Shown: in pieces, positions 1 to 9,211 of the stretch
Numbering within the stretch: position 1 is the first letter of the stretch
Layout: the number at the start of each line of letters is the position of its first letter
DNA from: an uncultured Chloroflexia bacterium
GTDB lineage: Bacteria > Chloroflexota > Chloroflexia > QHBQ01 > JADMIH01
Length of the DNA stretch: 64,000 nt
Direction: 5' to 3'
Assembly: GCA_963797095.1 (NCBI GenBank)
Contig: CAWCNY010000001.1
Coordinates: 160,001 to 224,000 of the forward strand
Program-made: the position numbers and the translations under genes
Notes under the pieces: model-generated
The model's input: the letters and a program-made list of their open reading frames with translations, nothing else
What the model was told of the DNA's origin: nothing
Databases searched by the model: none

Positions 1-7
1 GCAGGAG

Positions 8-835
8 ATGATCGGCAACGTCTTCAGCCTGGCGGATCGCACCGTGCGGTCGTTGATGACGCCAAGAACCGAGATGCAGGCGGTGGAGATCGGCACCCCC
101 GTTGCCGAAGCTCTGAGGGCGCTCATAGCGTCGGGCCACTCCCGCTTGCCCGTGTACGAGGAGAGCCTGGACAATGTCGTAGGCATCCTGTTTGCGGTAG
201 ATATGCTGCGTCAGTACGAACACAAGCCGGGTGAGTCGGATAGACCAGGTACCGAGCCCGGGTTAGCTAAGCTATCCGATTTGCGAGCGCTCATGCGCAA
301 GCCTCTGTTCTTGCCGGAGGGACAGCGAGCTACTCTGGCCCTCAAGCAGTTTCGAGCGGAGCACAGCTCGATTAGGATAGTTATCAGCGAGTTCGGTGAG
401 GTGGCAGGGTTGATCACCGTGGAGGACATACTCGCGGAGGTGGTAGGAGAGATAGGAGACGAACATAGTCAGGCACAGCAACAGATTGTACGGCGAGACG
501 ACGGAAGCTATCTGGTAGACGGCTTGCTGCCGGTGAGCGACCTGGCGCAGAACCTGCCGTTGCCCGGGATTGAAGAGCTTGCGCGGGAGCAACGCTTCGA
601 TACGGTCGCCGGGTTGTTGCCGCTGCAATTTGGGCGCATCCCGGCGGTGGGCGATACGTTGAATTGGCAGAGCTTCCGCTTCGAAGTTCTGGATATGGAC
701 GGCCCCAGGATAGACAAGGTACTCATCCAAGCGGTGGAGGGAGACCCTGCCGGACAAACCGAAGGGGCTCTCGCGATGGGAGCGGTACTGCCGGTACCTC
801 GATCTGACAGAGATGGGAGCACACCACACCGGTAA
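8..835 (+). CDS. Hemolysin/CorC-HlyC family protein (CBS pair + CorC_HlyC domain), 5'-truncated by window edge
   Basis: VRSLMTPR, GHSRLPVYEESLDNVVGIL, GLITVEDILAEVVGEIGDE, FDTVAG...GRIP...FEVLDMDGPRIDKV motifs. Confidence 0.9.
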   Translation: MIGNVFSLADRTVRSLMTPRTEMQAVEIGTPVAEALRALIASGHSRLPVYEESLDNVVGILFAVDMLRQYEHKPGESDRPGTEPGLAKLSDLRALMRKPLFLPEGQRATLALKQFRAEHSSIRIVISEFGEVAGLITVEDILAEVVGEIGDEHSQAQQQIVRRDDGSYLVDGLLPVSDLAQNLPLPGIEELAREQRFDTVAGLLPLQFGRIPAVGDTLNWQSFRFEVLDMDGPRIDKVLIQAVEGDPAGQTEGALAMGAVLPVPRSDRDGSTPHR

Positions 836-876
836 GGGCAGGCAGAGCTATTTAGCACGCCCGGCTATTAGTTCTT

Positions 877-894
877 CCCTTCCCTTCCCTTCCC
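877..894 (-). repeat. (GGGAA)n pentamer tract, potential G-quadruplex
   Basis: CCC runs at 877, 882, 887, 892 separated by TT, in a convergent intergenic gap. Confidence 0.6.
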
Positions 895-962
895 TTGCCT
901 GGCTGGCCCTTCGTTTTCCTTACTGCTGCTTTGCCTACTCCCACTTCCTCCTTCCCTGACTC

Positions 963-2231
963 CTACTGCAAATAGCGAAGCCAGACATAGCCGGTGCTAA
1001 TGAGCAGCGAGATCACAGTTACAGCCACCCCGTACCTGAGAAACCGCCCGAAACTGATCCTGTGTTCGGCGCGTTCCGCCAGACTTAGCACTATCACGTT
1101 CGCGGAGGCTCCTACCGCCGTGGCATTACCACCCAGGCAGGCTCCCAGGGCCACCGACCACCATAGAGGCGTGATCGGCATGCTCTGCCCCAGGTCCTGA
1201 ACTATCGGCACTATCGTGGCCGTATAGGGGATGTTATCCACTATGCCCGAGGCGATGCCGCTCACCCACAGGAGAAGCAGCGATGTGGCTGCAAGATCTC
1301 CACCCGTCAAGTCCAGCAGCCATCTAGCCACGATCTCTATGAACCCGACGGTGATGAGCGCCTCCACGAGAACGAAAAGACCCATGAAGAAGAGTAGCGT
1401 GGTCCACTCGATCTCGCTTAGGGCATTGTGCACCTCCGTTCGTGAGATCGCCAGCAGCACAACTGCCCCGCTCATAGCGATCGTGGCGGCCCCCAGGTGG
1501 AGAGGTCCATGAACCAGGAAACCAACAATTACAAGTGTAAGGACTATTAGCCCCTGGACCAACAACGGTCGATTGGTGATGAGCTCATCTTCTTTCATTG
1601 CCATGGCCTCTTCGCGCTTTTCAGAGGGCACCTTCAACTCTTTGCGGAAGAAGAGTGCAGCGAGGCCGAGGTATACGATGTAGATGACGACCACAACCGG
1701 CCCCATGTTGAGAAGAAATGCGCCGAAGTCCAGCCCGGATGCGCTCCCTATGATGATATTGGGTGGATCCCCAATGAGAGTAGCCGCCCCTCCTATGTTC
1801 GAGGCCATAACCTCCGAAATGAGGAACGGTACGGGACTGATTCCCAGGGAGGTTGCGACGAACAACGTGAGGGGAACGATGAGCACGACGGTGGTCACGT
1901 TGTCGAGGAACGCAGACATCAAGGCGGTCAGGGTCGAGAGGAGCAGCAGGACCCGAAAAGGCTCGCCCCTGGCCCAATCGATAATCTTGCTGGCCAGCCA
2001 ACGGAAGAGTCCGGTACGCTTCAGCGTATTGGCTATTATCATCATTCCAGCGAGCAGGAATATGACATTCCAATCGACAGCCTTGAAAGCTTCCTCCTGG
2101 CTGATCAGGCCGAGCAACAGCACGGCCATGGCACCGAAAAGAGCCACCAGGGTCTTATGTACCTTCTCGACAGTAATCCCTGCATATGTGGCAACGAATA
2201 CCGCGACGGCAAGCACGAGATCCAGACTCAC
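963..2231 (-). CDS. ArsB/NhaD (ion transporter superfamily) permease
   Basis: VDWNVIFLLAGMMII, SAFLDNVTTV, SNIGGAATLIGDPPNIII, SGIVDNIPY, LGGNATAVGASANV; GAGGAG RBS. Confidence 0.92.
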   Translation of the reverse strand: MSLDLVLAVAVFVATYAGITVEKVHKTLVALFGAMAVLLLGLISQEEAFKAVDWNVIFLLAGMMIIANTLKRTGLFRWLASKIIDWARGEPFRVLLLLSTLTALMSAFLDNVTTVVLIVPLTLFVATSLGISPVPFLISEVMASNIGGAATLIGDPPNIIIGSASGLDFGAFLLNMGPVVVVIYIVYLGLAALFFRKELKVPSEKREEAMAMKEDELITNRPLLVQGLIVLTLVIVGFLVHGPLHLGAATIAMSGAVVLLAISRTEVHNALSEIEWTTLLFFMGLFVLVEALITVGFIEIVARWLLDLTGGDLAATSLLLLWVSGIASGIVDNIPYTATIVPIVQDLGQSMPITPLWWSVALGACLGGNATAVGASANVIVLSLAERAEHRISFGRFLRYGVAVTVISLLISTGYVWLRYLQ

Positions 2232-2246
2232 TTCAAGTTCCTCCTC

Positions 2247-2304
2247 ACGGCACTCTCGACACCGGGGTCCACCGCCCGCCGGTCGGTAATCCGACCTTTG
2301 CCGT
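2247..2304 (-). promoter_or_regulatory. Candidate structured leader abutting RBS of ArsB/NhaD gene
   Basis: Closing stem ACGGCA(2247-2252)/TGCCGT(2299-2304) enclosing hairpin GGTCGG-N4-CCGACC (2281-2296). Confidence 0.45.
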
Positions 2305-2440
2305 CTCGTGTCCTGATACGAGTAAGCGCTCTCTATCTATGTGTGGGCACAAGATCTCTTCACTACCTGGTGACGTAGCGGCGTAATAAACAGGCAATCG
2401 CACTTTGTGCGCCCGGCGCTCACTGTAGGCGCTTTCCACC

Positions 2441-3019
2441 TCAGTCACATTCGAGGGTTGTCGGCTCGGGCAGCCGCAGGTATTGCTCCAACTGCTCGGG
2501 CGAGAGGATGGACGTCACCAAGAGGTGCCCTTCGAGTTGCGTGGCGCGCAACTTACCGTGCAGGCGCCCTATTTCCGCCGATTGCTCGTGAAGGTCATCG
2601 ATCGACAGCTCGCGCTTTGCAAGAGCCTTGTCGAGCTCGCTTTCGAGCCGGATGATCTCCAATCCTAGCTCCTTTTCGGCGAGTTCGATCCTGGCCGATA
2701 TGGCCTCAAGCTCGGCCACCTGCTCCGGAGACAGGGCCAAATACTCAACCAGGCCAAGCGCGTCTGAAGGAGCCGGGTACCCGCGCAGCCGAGCAGGGGC
2801 TGTGTATGGCCCGCGTAGGTCGTCCAGGAGTTGCTCCACGTCCACGGCATCGTAGGCGGCCGGGACGGCATGAGGTGTCGATGGGGACCAGGATGTGCTG
2901 GAGCGCCCTCTTCGTTCCATTTCGACCGCGATAGAGATGGCACTAAACGCGAGCACGCTCAGGAGTCCCAGGCGAAGCAAGATGTCACCGATGTATCCCA
3001 GGAGACTATTCCGCTTCAT
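2441..3019 (-). CDS. Membrane-anchored Spy/CpxP-like (heavy-metal-sensor type) helical protein
   Basis: N-terminal TM; GYPAP..LALSPEQ and C-terminal HL...ILSPEQLEQY (LTxEQ-like) motifs around coiled coil. Confidence 0.65.
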   Translation of the reverse strand: MKRNSLLGYIGDILLRLGLLSVLAFSAISIAVEMERRGRSSTSWSPSTPHAVPAAYDAVDVEQLLDDLRGPYTAPARLRGYPAPSDALGLVEYLALSPEQVAELEAISARIELAEKELGLEIIRLESELDKALAKRELSIDDLHEQSAEIGRLHGKLRATQLEGHLLVTSILSPEQLEQYLRLPEPTTLECD

Positions 3020-3090
3020 GGGAGCGGCCTCCTTTCGGGCGGAAAGCCCAGGTCTACTGTTAGCAGTTTGCTTCAGCCGCGAACCGGATT

Positions 3091-3208
3091 AAACAAAAAC
3101 ACCCGAGCCACACTGCGGCAACTCAGGCATCGGGCATTGCAGGTGGGCCTGGCGGGACACGTCTCACACCCTACAAATGCTACATCTTCTATTAGTTGTA
3201 TTATACCA
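3091..3208 (-). promoter_or_regulatory. Extended -10 promoter, stem-loop and intrinsic terminator in 5' leader (attenuator/riboswitch-like)
   Basis: TGGTATAAT (3200-3208); stem GCATTTGTAGG/CCTGCAATGC (3134-3180); 13-bp G-U-rich hairpin + TTTTTGTTT (3091-3130) about 70 nt before ATG. Confidence 0.6.
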
Positions 3209-3534
3209 TCTTACACCCCGTCCGACCAACCTTGCTTACCTGCTGCGTATGTCGCCGTGCGTATGTCACAGCCCGATTGCCTCGCCTCTCTATCACAAAC
3301 CGCATCTCGGGGATTGGGCATCATCGGAGCAGAAAGCAGCCCTGAGTTGTTCATTCTAGTGTACAATTAGGCTGCCAACCTGTATCATCAGAGCCATGAA
3401 GCGCCGGTAGAGCGCCCAGGCGTTGCGCCAAGGAATTCTGAGGGAACAAAGGACCCTCACCCGGCTGCACCTGGCAAAATGCTTGAGTGAATCTCAAAGG
3501 ATTGCAGGCTGAGAAGTAAGGTAAAGGGGGCCAT

Positions 3535-5028
3535 ATGCTGCAAACGGTCGATGTCGGAGAACGCACAATTGAAGCTTATCGCGGCGTGGCTCCCGAGCCT
3601 ATTCTCACTGAGTTGGTCGAACTCGGTGTGCGGCTTCGTGGCTTGAGGGTGCTGCACATCAACGCCACTCCCTACGGGGGTGGCGTGTCGGAGCTGCTAC
3701 GCTCGGTGGTACCGCTACTCAACGACCTGGGCCTCGTCGCCGATTGGAAGATCATCAGCGGCGACGAGAGCTTCTTCAAAGCCACCAAAGCCATCCATAA
3801 CGGGCTCCAGGGTGCGAAGCAGGGTTTGACCGCTGCCGAGCGCGAGGCATACCTGGCGACCTCAGTCCAGAATGCGGCCCTGCTTGAAGAGCAGTATGAC
3901 GTGGTGTTCGTCCACGACCCGCAGCCCGCCGCCATCTTGCCGCACCGAGGGAAGGATCACTCTCGCTGGATCTGGCGCTGCCACATCGACACAGCCCATC
4001 CCAACCCCGAGGTCTGGGCTTTTCTGCGCGGCTTCCTCGACCGGTACGACGCGGCCGTTTTCACGATGAAGGAGTTCGCTCCACCCGATCTGCCTATCAA
4101 GCGGGTGGAGATTATCCCTCCGGCTATCGACCCGCTCAGTCCCAAGAACCTTCCTCTGCCCGAAGGCATAGCACGCCAGGTGTTGGACTTTATAGGTGTG
4201 CGACTGAACCGTCGCCTCATCACCCAGGTGGCGCGCTTCGACCCCTGGAAGGATCCTCTGGGGGTGATTGCAGCCTACAGGCTGGCCCGTGAGCAGGTGC
4301 CGCATCTGCAACTCGCCCTGGTCGGCTCTATGGCATTGGACGACCCGGAAGGCTGGGAGGTGTACAGCACGATCCAGGCCGCGAGCAAGGCCGACCCTCT
4401 GATCCACGTCTTCACCAACCTGACGGGGGTGGGTAACATCGAGGTCAACGCCTTCCAGCGTCTCTCGGACGTGGTAGTGCAGAAATCTATTCGCGAAGGC
4501 TTCGGGTTGGTGGTGTCCGAGGCGCTGTGGAAGGGCACGCCGGTGGTGGCGGGCGAGGTCGGGGGCATCACACTGCAGATGGCCGATGGGGTGGGCGGCC
4601 TGCTGGTGGACAGCGTGGAGGAGTGCGCAAAAGCGATTGTCGCATTGCTCGAGGACCCCCAGCGGGCGGATGAGCTGGCGGCTCGCGGACGAGAGCGGGT
4701 GCGCAACTATTTCCTTCTCCCGCGTCTGGTGCTGAATGAGCTGACGCTGGTGGCAGGCATCCTGGGTGAGAGACCGGCTGGGGCACCCGTCGGGGCGCGT
4801 GTGGGGGCACGCGTCAAAGCAGGACCACCGGTGCCCGTCGCCAGGCGCGACGCGGTCTGCGGGATGGCGCTGTCGAAAAACCAGGCACACCTGACAACCG
4901 ACTACGAGGGCCATGCGTATGCATTCTGCTCGGAGGCGTGCCGGGCACGCTTTGTGAAGAGCCCCGAGACTTACGTCACCTCCACTGGCGGGCCTATGGA
5001 TCGGCCTACGAATCGTGTGGACGGATGA
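3535..5028 (+). CDS. treT: GT4 trehalose synthase (TreT-like) with C-terminal YHS domain
   Basis: [59 protein letters not shown]; C-term DAVCGM...YAFCSEAC. Confidence 0.85.
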   Translation: MLQTVDVGERTIEAYRGVAPEPILTELVELGVRLRGLRVLHINATPYGGGVSELLRSVVPLLNDLGLVADWKIISGDESFFKATKAIHNGLQGAKQGLTAAEREAYLATSVQNAALLEEQYDVVFVHDPQPAAILPHRGKDHSRWIWRCHIDTAHPNPEVWAFLRGFLDRYDAAVFTMKEFAPPDLPIKRVEIIPPAIDPLSPKNLPLPEGIARQVLDFIGVRLNRRLITQVARFDPWKDPLGVIAAYRLAREQVPHLQLALVGSMALDDPEGWEVYSTIQAASKADPLIHVFTNLTGVGNIEVNAFQRLSDVVVQKSIREGFGLVVSEALWKGTPVVAGEVGGITLQMADGVGGLLVDSVEECAKAIVALLEDPQRADELAARGRERVRNYFLLPRLVLNELTLVAGILGERPAGAPVGARVGARVKAGPPVPVARRDAVCGMALSKNQAHLTTDYEGHAYAFCSEACRARFVKSPETYVTSTGGPMDRPTNRVDG

Positions 5029-5037
5029 AGAGGCCCT

Positions 5038-5520
5038 CTATTGGGCCGTGTAACCCCCATCTATCACAAGCTCGCTGTCGGTGACGAACTTCGATTCGTC
5101 CGACGCCAGATAGAGTACCCCATAGGCTACGTCGTCCGGCTCGCCCAGGTGGCCGATTGGGTGCAGGCTTTCGAGGTGCTTCTGCATCGTCTCGGCATCG
5201 CCGCTTGCGTCCATAGCGCCTTGTACCATGGGTGTGACGATGTAGCCCGGGTGTACCGAGTTGACACGGATATTGTAGCCCGAACGGGCACAGTGAAGCG
5301 CGGCCGATTTGGTGAGTAGGCGTACTTCACCTTTGCTGGCGTTATATGACGCCGCTGTCAACTCACCGACAATTCCGAGGATAGATGACATGTTGATGAT
5401 GGAGCAGCGGTTTCCCTTGCTTCCATTTTCGCTTTGCTTCATTGCCTGGATGCCGTACTTGGTGCCTAGAAACACTCCATCGAGGTTGATGCTCATGAGG
5501 AAGCGCCAATCCTCATCATT
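5038..5520 (-). pseudogene. SDR oxidoreductase C-terminal half (Rossmann N-terminus missing)
   Basis: INLDGVFLG, IINMSS, YNASK, IRVNSVHPG, LVIDGGYTAQ present; no TGxxxGIG upstream. Confidence 0.85.
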
Positions 5521-5592
5521 GCCGCGAACAGGAGATTTGCTTTACTCATCGCGGATCCTCCTTCCACTGTCAAGCTGGTGCTACAGCACCCG

Positions 5593-6053
5593 TCACGCCC
5601 CATGCCCGACCTGGGCGAAAGAGTAGAGGGTTGCCGCCAGGTTGGCGATGTAGGTTAGGAGGGTAATGAAACCGACCGGTTTACTCACCAGGAACGCGTA
5701 GCCGATCATGCCCATGAGGCTGACGTAGTAAAGGCCAAGGTACGGCCACAGCAGGGGCGTACTGCGAAAGTCGAATTTCAAGATGTAGTCGAGCGTAAAC
5801 TCGACAGCGCAATAGAGCACCACTAATCCCGGCAAGATGACCAGCCACCAATCTCGCCGCCAGGCGATGTTAAGCCCGCCAGCAACGGCCATGGGGATCG
5901 CCAGCAGCACGACGGCTGTTCCCAGGTCGTGCCCCACTGCGCCATCCCCGCAGCCCGCGCCAGGAACATGCCTGCCAGCAACAGGTTCATCAGATTGGCG
6001 ATCACAACAACCGCCAGGTCGAGGGGACGAACAGGATCAGAAACCGTTTCCAT
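5593..6053 (-). pseudogene. Multi-TM membrane protein with 1-bp frameshift near 5938; paralog of 24286-24753
   Basis: ORFs 5823-6053 and 5593-5937 join into a homolog of the 24286 protein; span 461 bp (one base short). Confidence 0.85.
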
Positions 6054-6459
6054 ACGTGTCTCCCCAGGCGCACCTTGGTACTCCTACTAACAACCTGCAC
6101 AACCTCTTCGTCGCCGGGCAACCTGATCGGCAAGCAGGTGAGACCAGGTGATACATGTACAGAAGGCTCCGGTCCCTTTTTCAGCTTCTCGAAGCGTCCA
6201 CTCTGACTAACCTCGCGATTACTCAGAGCTTCCGCCCCATCCACTGTCCAGTTCCTTGGAGCCCCTGTGGCTCTGGCGGCTCTTCGCCACCTCGGCACTA
6301 TAACGTGCCGATGTCACCAAGCTGCACTTAGCGCGAACTCGCACATGAAATAGCCCTCCTCCGCGATCGGTCCATGAGATCGGCCCTGAGTGGGATAAGA
6401 AGCTAAATTGGATAGCTAAAATGGTGGCGTGCAGTTGATGGCAGTGGATACTAGAGGAC

Positions 6460-7638
6460 TTACTGGCGCACCCCAAGGAGCAATTCCATTACCAGCTGGT
6501 CCAATTCCCCGTAGCGCCGGCCCCGTCCGGCCAGTGCGGCAAGGTCGAACTGCTGCGCCTTCAACCCCTCAGCCAACTCTTTGCTGTAGCCATCTGGTGC
6601 CGCATGACCTGTGTAGCTACTATCCAACGACTTTATTTCGGCGATCAGACCCTGAATCTCACCATCCTGCGCAAATTGCCTGGCCTTATCGCGCAGAATC
6701 AGATAAGAACGCATACAGCCTCTCGCGAAGGCCCATACGCCGGCTTCGTCCTCTGTGCGGTAAGCATGAGCATCGAAGTGGCTGGGCCCGCCATATCCGC
6801 TCTCCTCCAGCAATTTGACCAGGAAGAACGCTCGTTTAGGGTTTTCCGATGCGAAGCGGAAATCCTGGTCATAACGTCCCATCACCTGATCGTTGAGATC
6901 TATGTGGAACAGCTTGCCTGCCTCCAGAGCCTGGGCTACGGCGTGCACGAAATTCAGGCCGGCCATCGTCTAGTGCGCAAACTCAGGGCTGACCCCCACC
7001 ATTTCGGGGTGGTCAAGGGTGGAGATAAAGTGGAGCATATGTCCAACGGTGGGGAAGTATATGTCGCCACGAGGCTCGTTTGGTTTGGGTTCCAGCGCGA
7101 ACTGCATATCATAGCCATTGTCGCGGGCATACTCGCACAGGTAGTTGATGGCCTCACGGAAATGCCTGATGCCTTCTCCAGTATCAGGGTAGGCATCGCT
7201 TTCCGAACCTTCTCGACCGCCCCAGAAGACGTAGGTCGTAGCCCCAAGCTCCGCTCCCAAGTCTATCGCATGCATTGTCTTCTGAAGAGCAAACGCACGT
7301 ACCGCAGCGTCCGACGAGGTGAAAGCCCCGTCACGAAAGACCGGGTGGGTGAACAGATTGGTGGTGGCCATAGGCACAACAAGGCCGGTTTCGTCCAGCG
7401 CCCGCCTAAAATCGCGCACTATCCGATCCCGCTCGCTGAGAGAGGCATCGAACGGCACGAGGTCGTTGTCGTGGAAGTTGACACCGTAAGCGCCCAGATC
7501 GGCGAGTTTGCGCACTATATAAGAGGGGTCCATTGGCCTGCGAAGGGCATTGCCAAAAGGATCGCGTCCCGGGTTGCCTACTGTCCACAGCCCAAAAGTA
7601 AACCGGTCATCTTTTACAGGTGTAAATGGGTCAGCCAT
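6460..7638 (-). pseudogene. xylA: Xylose isomerase with in-frame TAG at 6970-6972
   Basis: [64 protein letters not shown]; both ORFs in same frame. Confidence 0.95.
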
Positions 7639-7723
7639 ATCGTGGCTCCTCCTCTTTGGTCGCCGGTGCCCCTCATAGCTATTGAGCAAGGGGTGCGGAT
7701 CTGCGAGTTGCCCCAGGCCTGCT

Positions 7724-7747
7724 CCCCTCCCCTCCCCTCCCCGCCCC
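7724..7747 (-). other. Five G4 tracts with 1-nt loops in xylA 5' leader
   Basis: CCCC at 7724, 7729, 7734, 7739, 7744. Confidence 0.7.
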
Positions 7748-7835
7748 GCATCGAAGCGCTGGTTGGCAAAGGCCATTGAAGCTAGATTCCAGTTGATTTC
7801 AGAAAGTGGTATGAGGGAGGCAAGTTTGCCAACAG

Positions 7836-7864
7836 AGTGTAAGTCGAAGCGTTTCGATTGTCAA
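7836..7864 (-). promoter_or_regulatory. sigma70 promoter for xylA with LacI-type operator in spacer
   Basis: TTGACA(7859-7864)-17 bp-TACACT(7836-7841); near-palindrome TCGAAGCGTTTCGA at 7844-7857. Confidence 0.85.
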
Positions 7865-7877
7865 TGGGTTTTGGCTA

Positions 7878-7928
7878 TTGACAGCCGCCAGTAAGTGTGC
7901 TATCATCTTGCTCATTGAAGCGCTTCGA
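7878..7928 (+). promoter_or_regulatory. sigma70 promoter for LacI/ABC operon plus downstream operator
   Basis: TTGACA(7878)-17 bp-TATCAT(7901) with TG extension; TTGAAGCGCTTCGA at 7915-7928. Confidence 0.85.
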
Positions 7929-7996
7929 CTATGGGTTTCGATAACCGCTTCTATATATGAGCTATCTGAGCTCTGATATTTTCGCTATCCAGAGGT

Positions 7997-9046
7997 GTGC
8001 AATTGCCAACTATGCTTGATGTCGCCCGCAAGGCGGGAGTCGCACTTAGCACTGTATCTTATGCGCTGAATGGCACGCGTCCTATCTCGGCGGAAACACG
8101 CCAGCGCATATTCGCGGTCATGGAAGAACTTGGCTACAGGCAGCATGCCCTCGCGCGTGGCCTTGCCACCAAGCGCAGCCGTATTCTAGCTCTACTTTTT
8201 TCGGCCCCTGAACGTGGTCTCGGTAGCACAGAACTTGAGTTCGTTACCAACGCAGCGGATGCTGCCAAAGAAAACGGCTATCACCTGGTGCTGTGGTCTA
8301 CCGAGCTGCACAACGCTTCCGAGCTAAAACAACTGACGCAGCAAGGCCTGGCAGACGGCGTGATCATCATGGAAGTATATCTGGACGACGGTCGAGTGAA
8401 CCTGCTACGAGAGAGCGGGCTTCCGTTCACCATGATCGGACGCTGCGCTGATGCAGACAATATCGCCTATGTGGATATAGATTTCGACCGGACGACGCAC
8501 GATGCTCTGAGCCACCTGGTGGAGTTGGGGCATACAAACATCGCCTTTTTGAACCAGTCTCAGGCTGAGTACGATGCGGGCTATGGCCCTGCCGTGAGGG
8601 CACAGGCCGGTTTCCTTCAAGCTGCCCAGGCGCTGAAGGTCGATGGGTTTACGCAATTCTGTCGCGCTTTACCTGCAGCCGGATATGAAGCATTCAACGA
8701 GCTTGTGGAAGAGCATCCGGACATAACGGCGCTTATTATCATGAACGACCGAGCTATTCCGGGTGTTATGCAGGCTATAGCGGATCGAGGCTGGTCGGTC
8801 CCTGAAGACTTTTCACTCGTCACCATCGTTTCGTCGGCGCGTGTCGCAGAGATGGTAATGCCACCTCTCACCGCCATGTCCGCACCTGCCGTCGAATTGG
8901 GCCGTCTTGGTGTCGAGCTTCTAATCCAGCAGCTGGAGTTGGGCGAGAAAAACGCCCCCCAGGAATTGTTGCCATGTCACCTCGTCGTGCGCGGGAGCTC
9001 AGGCAATGCCCCGCAGACACTGGTACGCCGGGCCAAAGAGGCGTAA
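7997..9046 (+). CDS. LacI family transcriptional regulator
   Basis: TMLDVARKAGVALSTVSYALNG HTH, ARGLA hinge, periplasmic-binding-like effector domain; start may be TTG 8003. Confidence 0.95.
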   Translation: MQLPTMLDVARKAGVALSTVSYALNGTRPISAETRQRIFAVMEELGYRQHALARGLATKRSRILALLFSAPERGLGSTELEFVTNAADAAKENGYHLVLWSTELHNASELKQLTQQGLADGVIIMEVYLDDGRVNLLRESGLPFTMIGRCADADNIAYVDIDFDRTTHDALSHLVELGHTNIAFLNQSQAEYDAGYGPAVRAQAGFLQAAQALKVDGFTQFCRALPAAGYEAFNELVEEHPDITALIIMNDRAIPGVMQAIADRGWSVPEDFSLVTIVSSARVAEMVMPPLTAMSAPAVELGRLGVELLIQQLELGEKNAPQELLPCHLVVRGSSGNAPQTLVRRAKEA

Positions 9047-9056
9047 GTGAGGTATG

Positions 9057-9115
9057 AGTTGTGAGCTACAGGTAATGAGTTAACTTTGGCAACTCATTAC
9101 CTGTAGCTCACAACT
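9057..9115. repeat. Perfect 25-bp inverted repeat, 9-nt loop
   Basis: AGTTGTGAGCTACAGGTAATGAGTT / AACTCATTACCTGTAGCTCACAACT. Confidence 0.9.
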
Positions 9116-9211
9116 TCCAAAGCGGGTTTGGTTGGGCAAATATTGCCGGTGAGGTGACATAGCTGCAAAGAAGATAGGTACAACGTCAGTACACGCACAA
9201 AGGAGAAAGCA

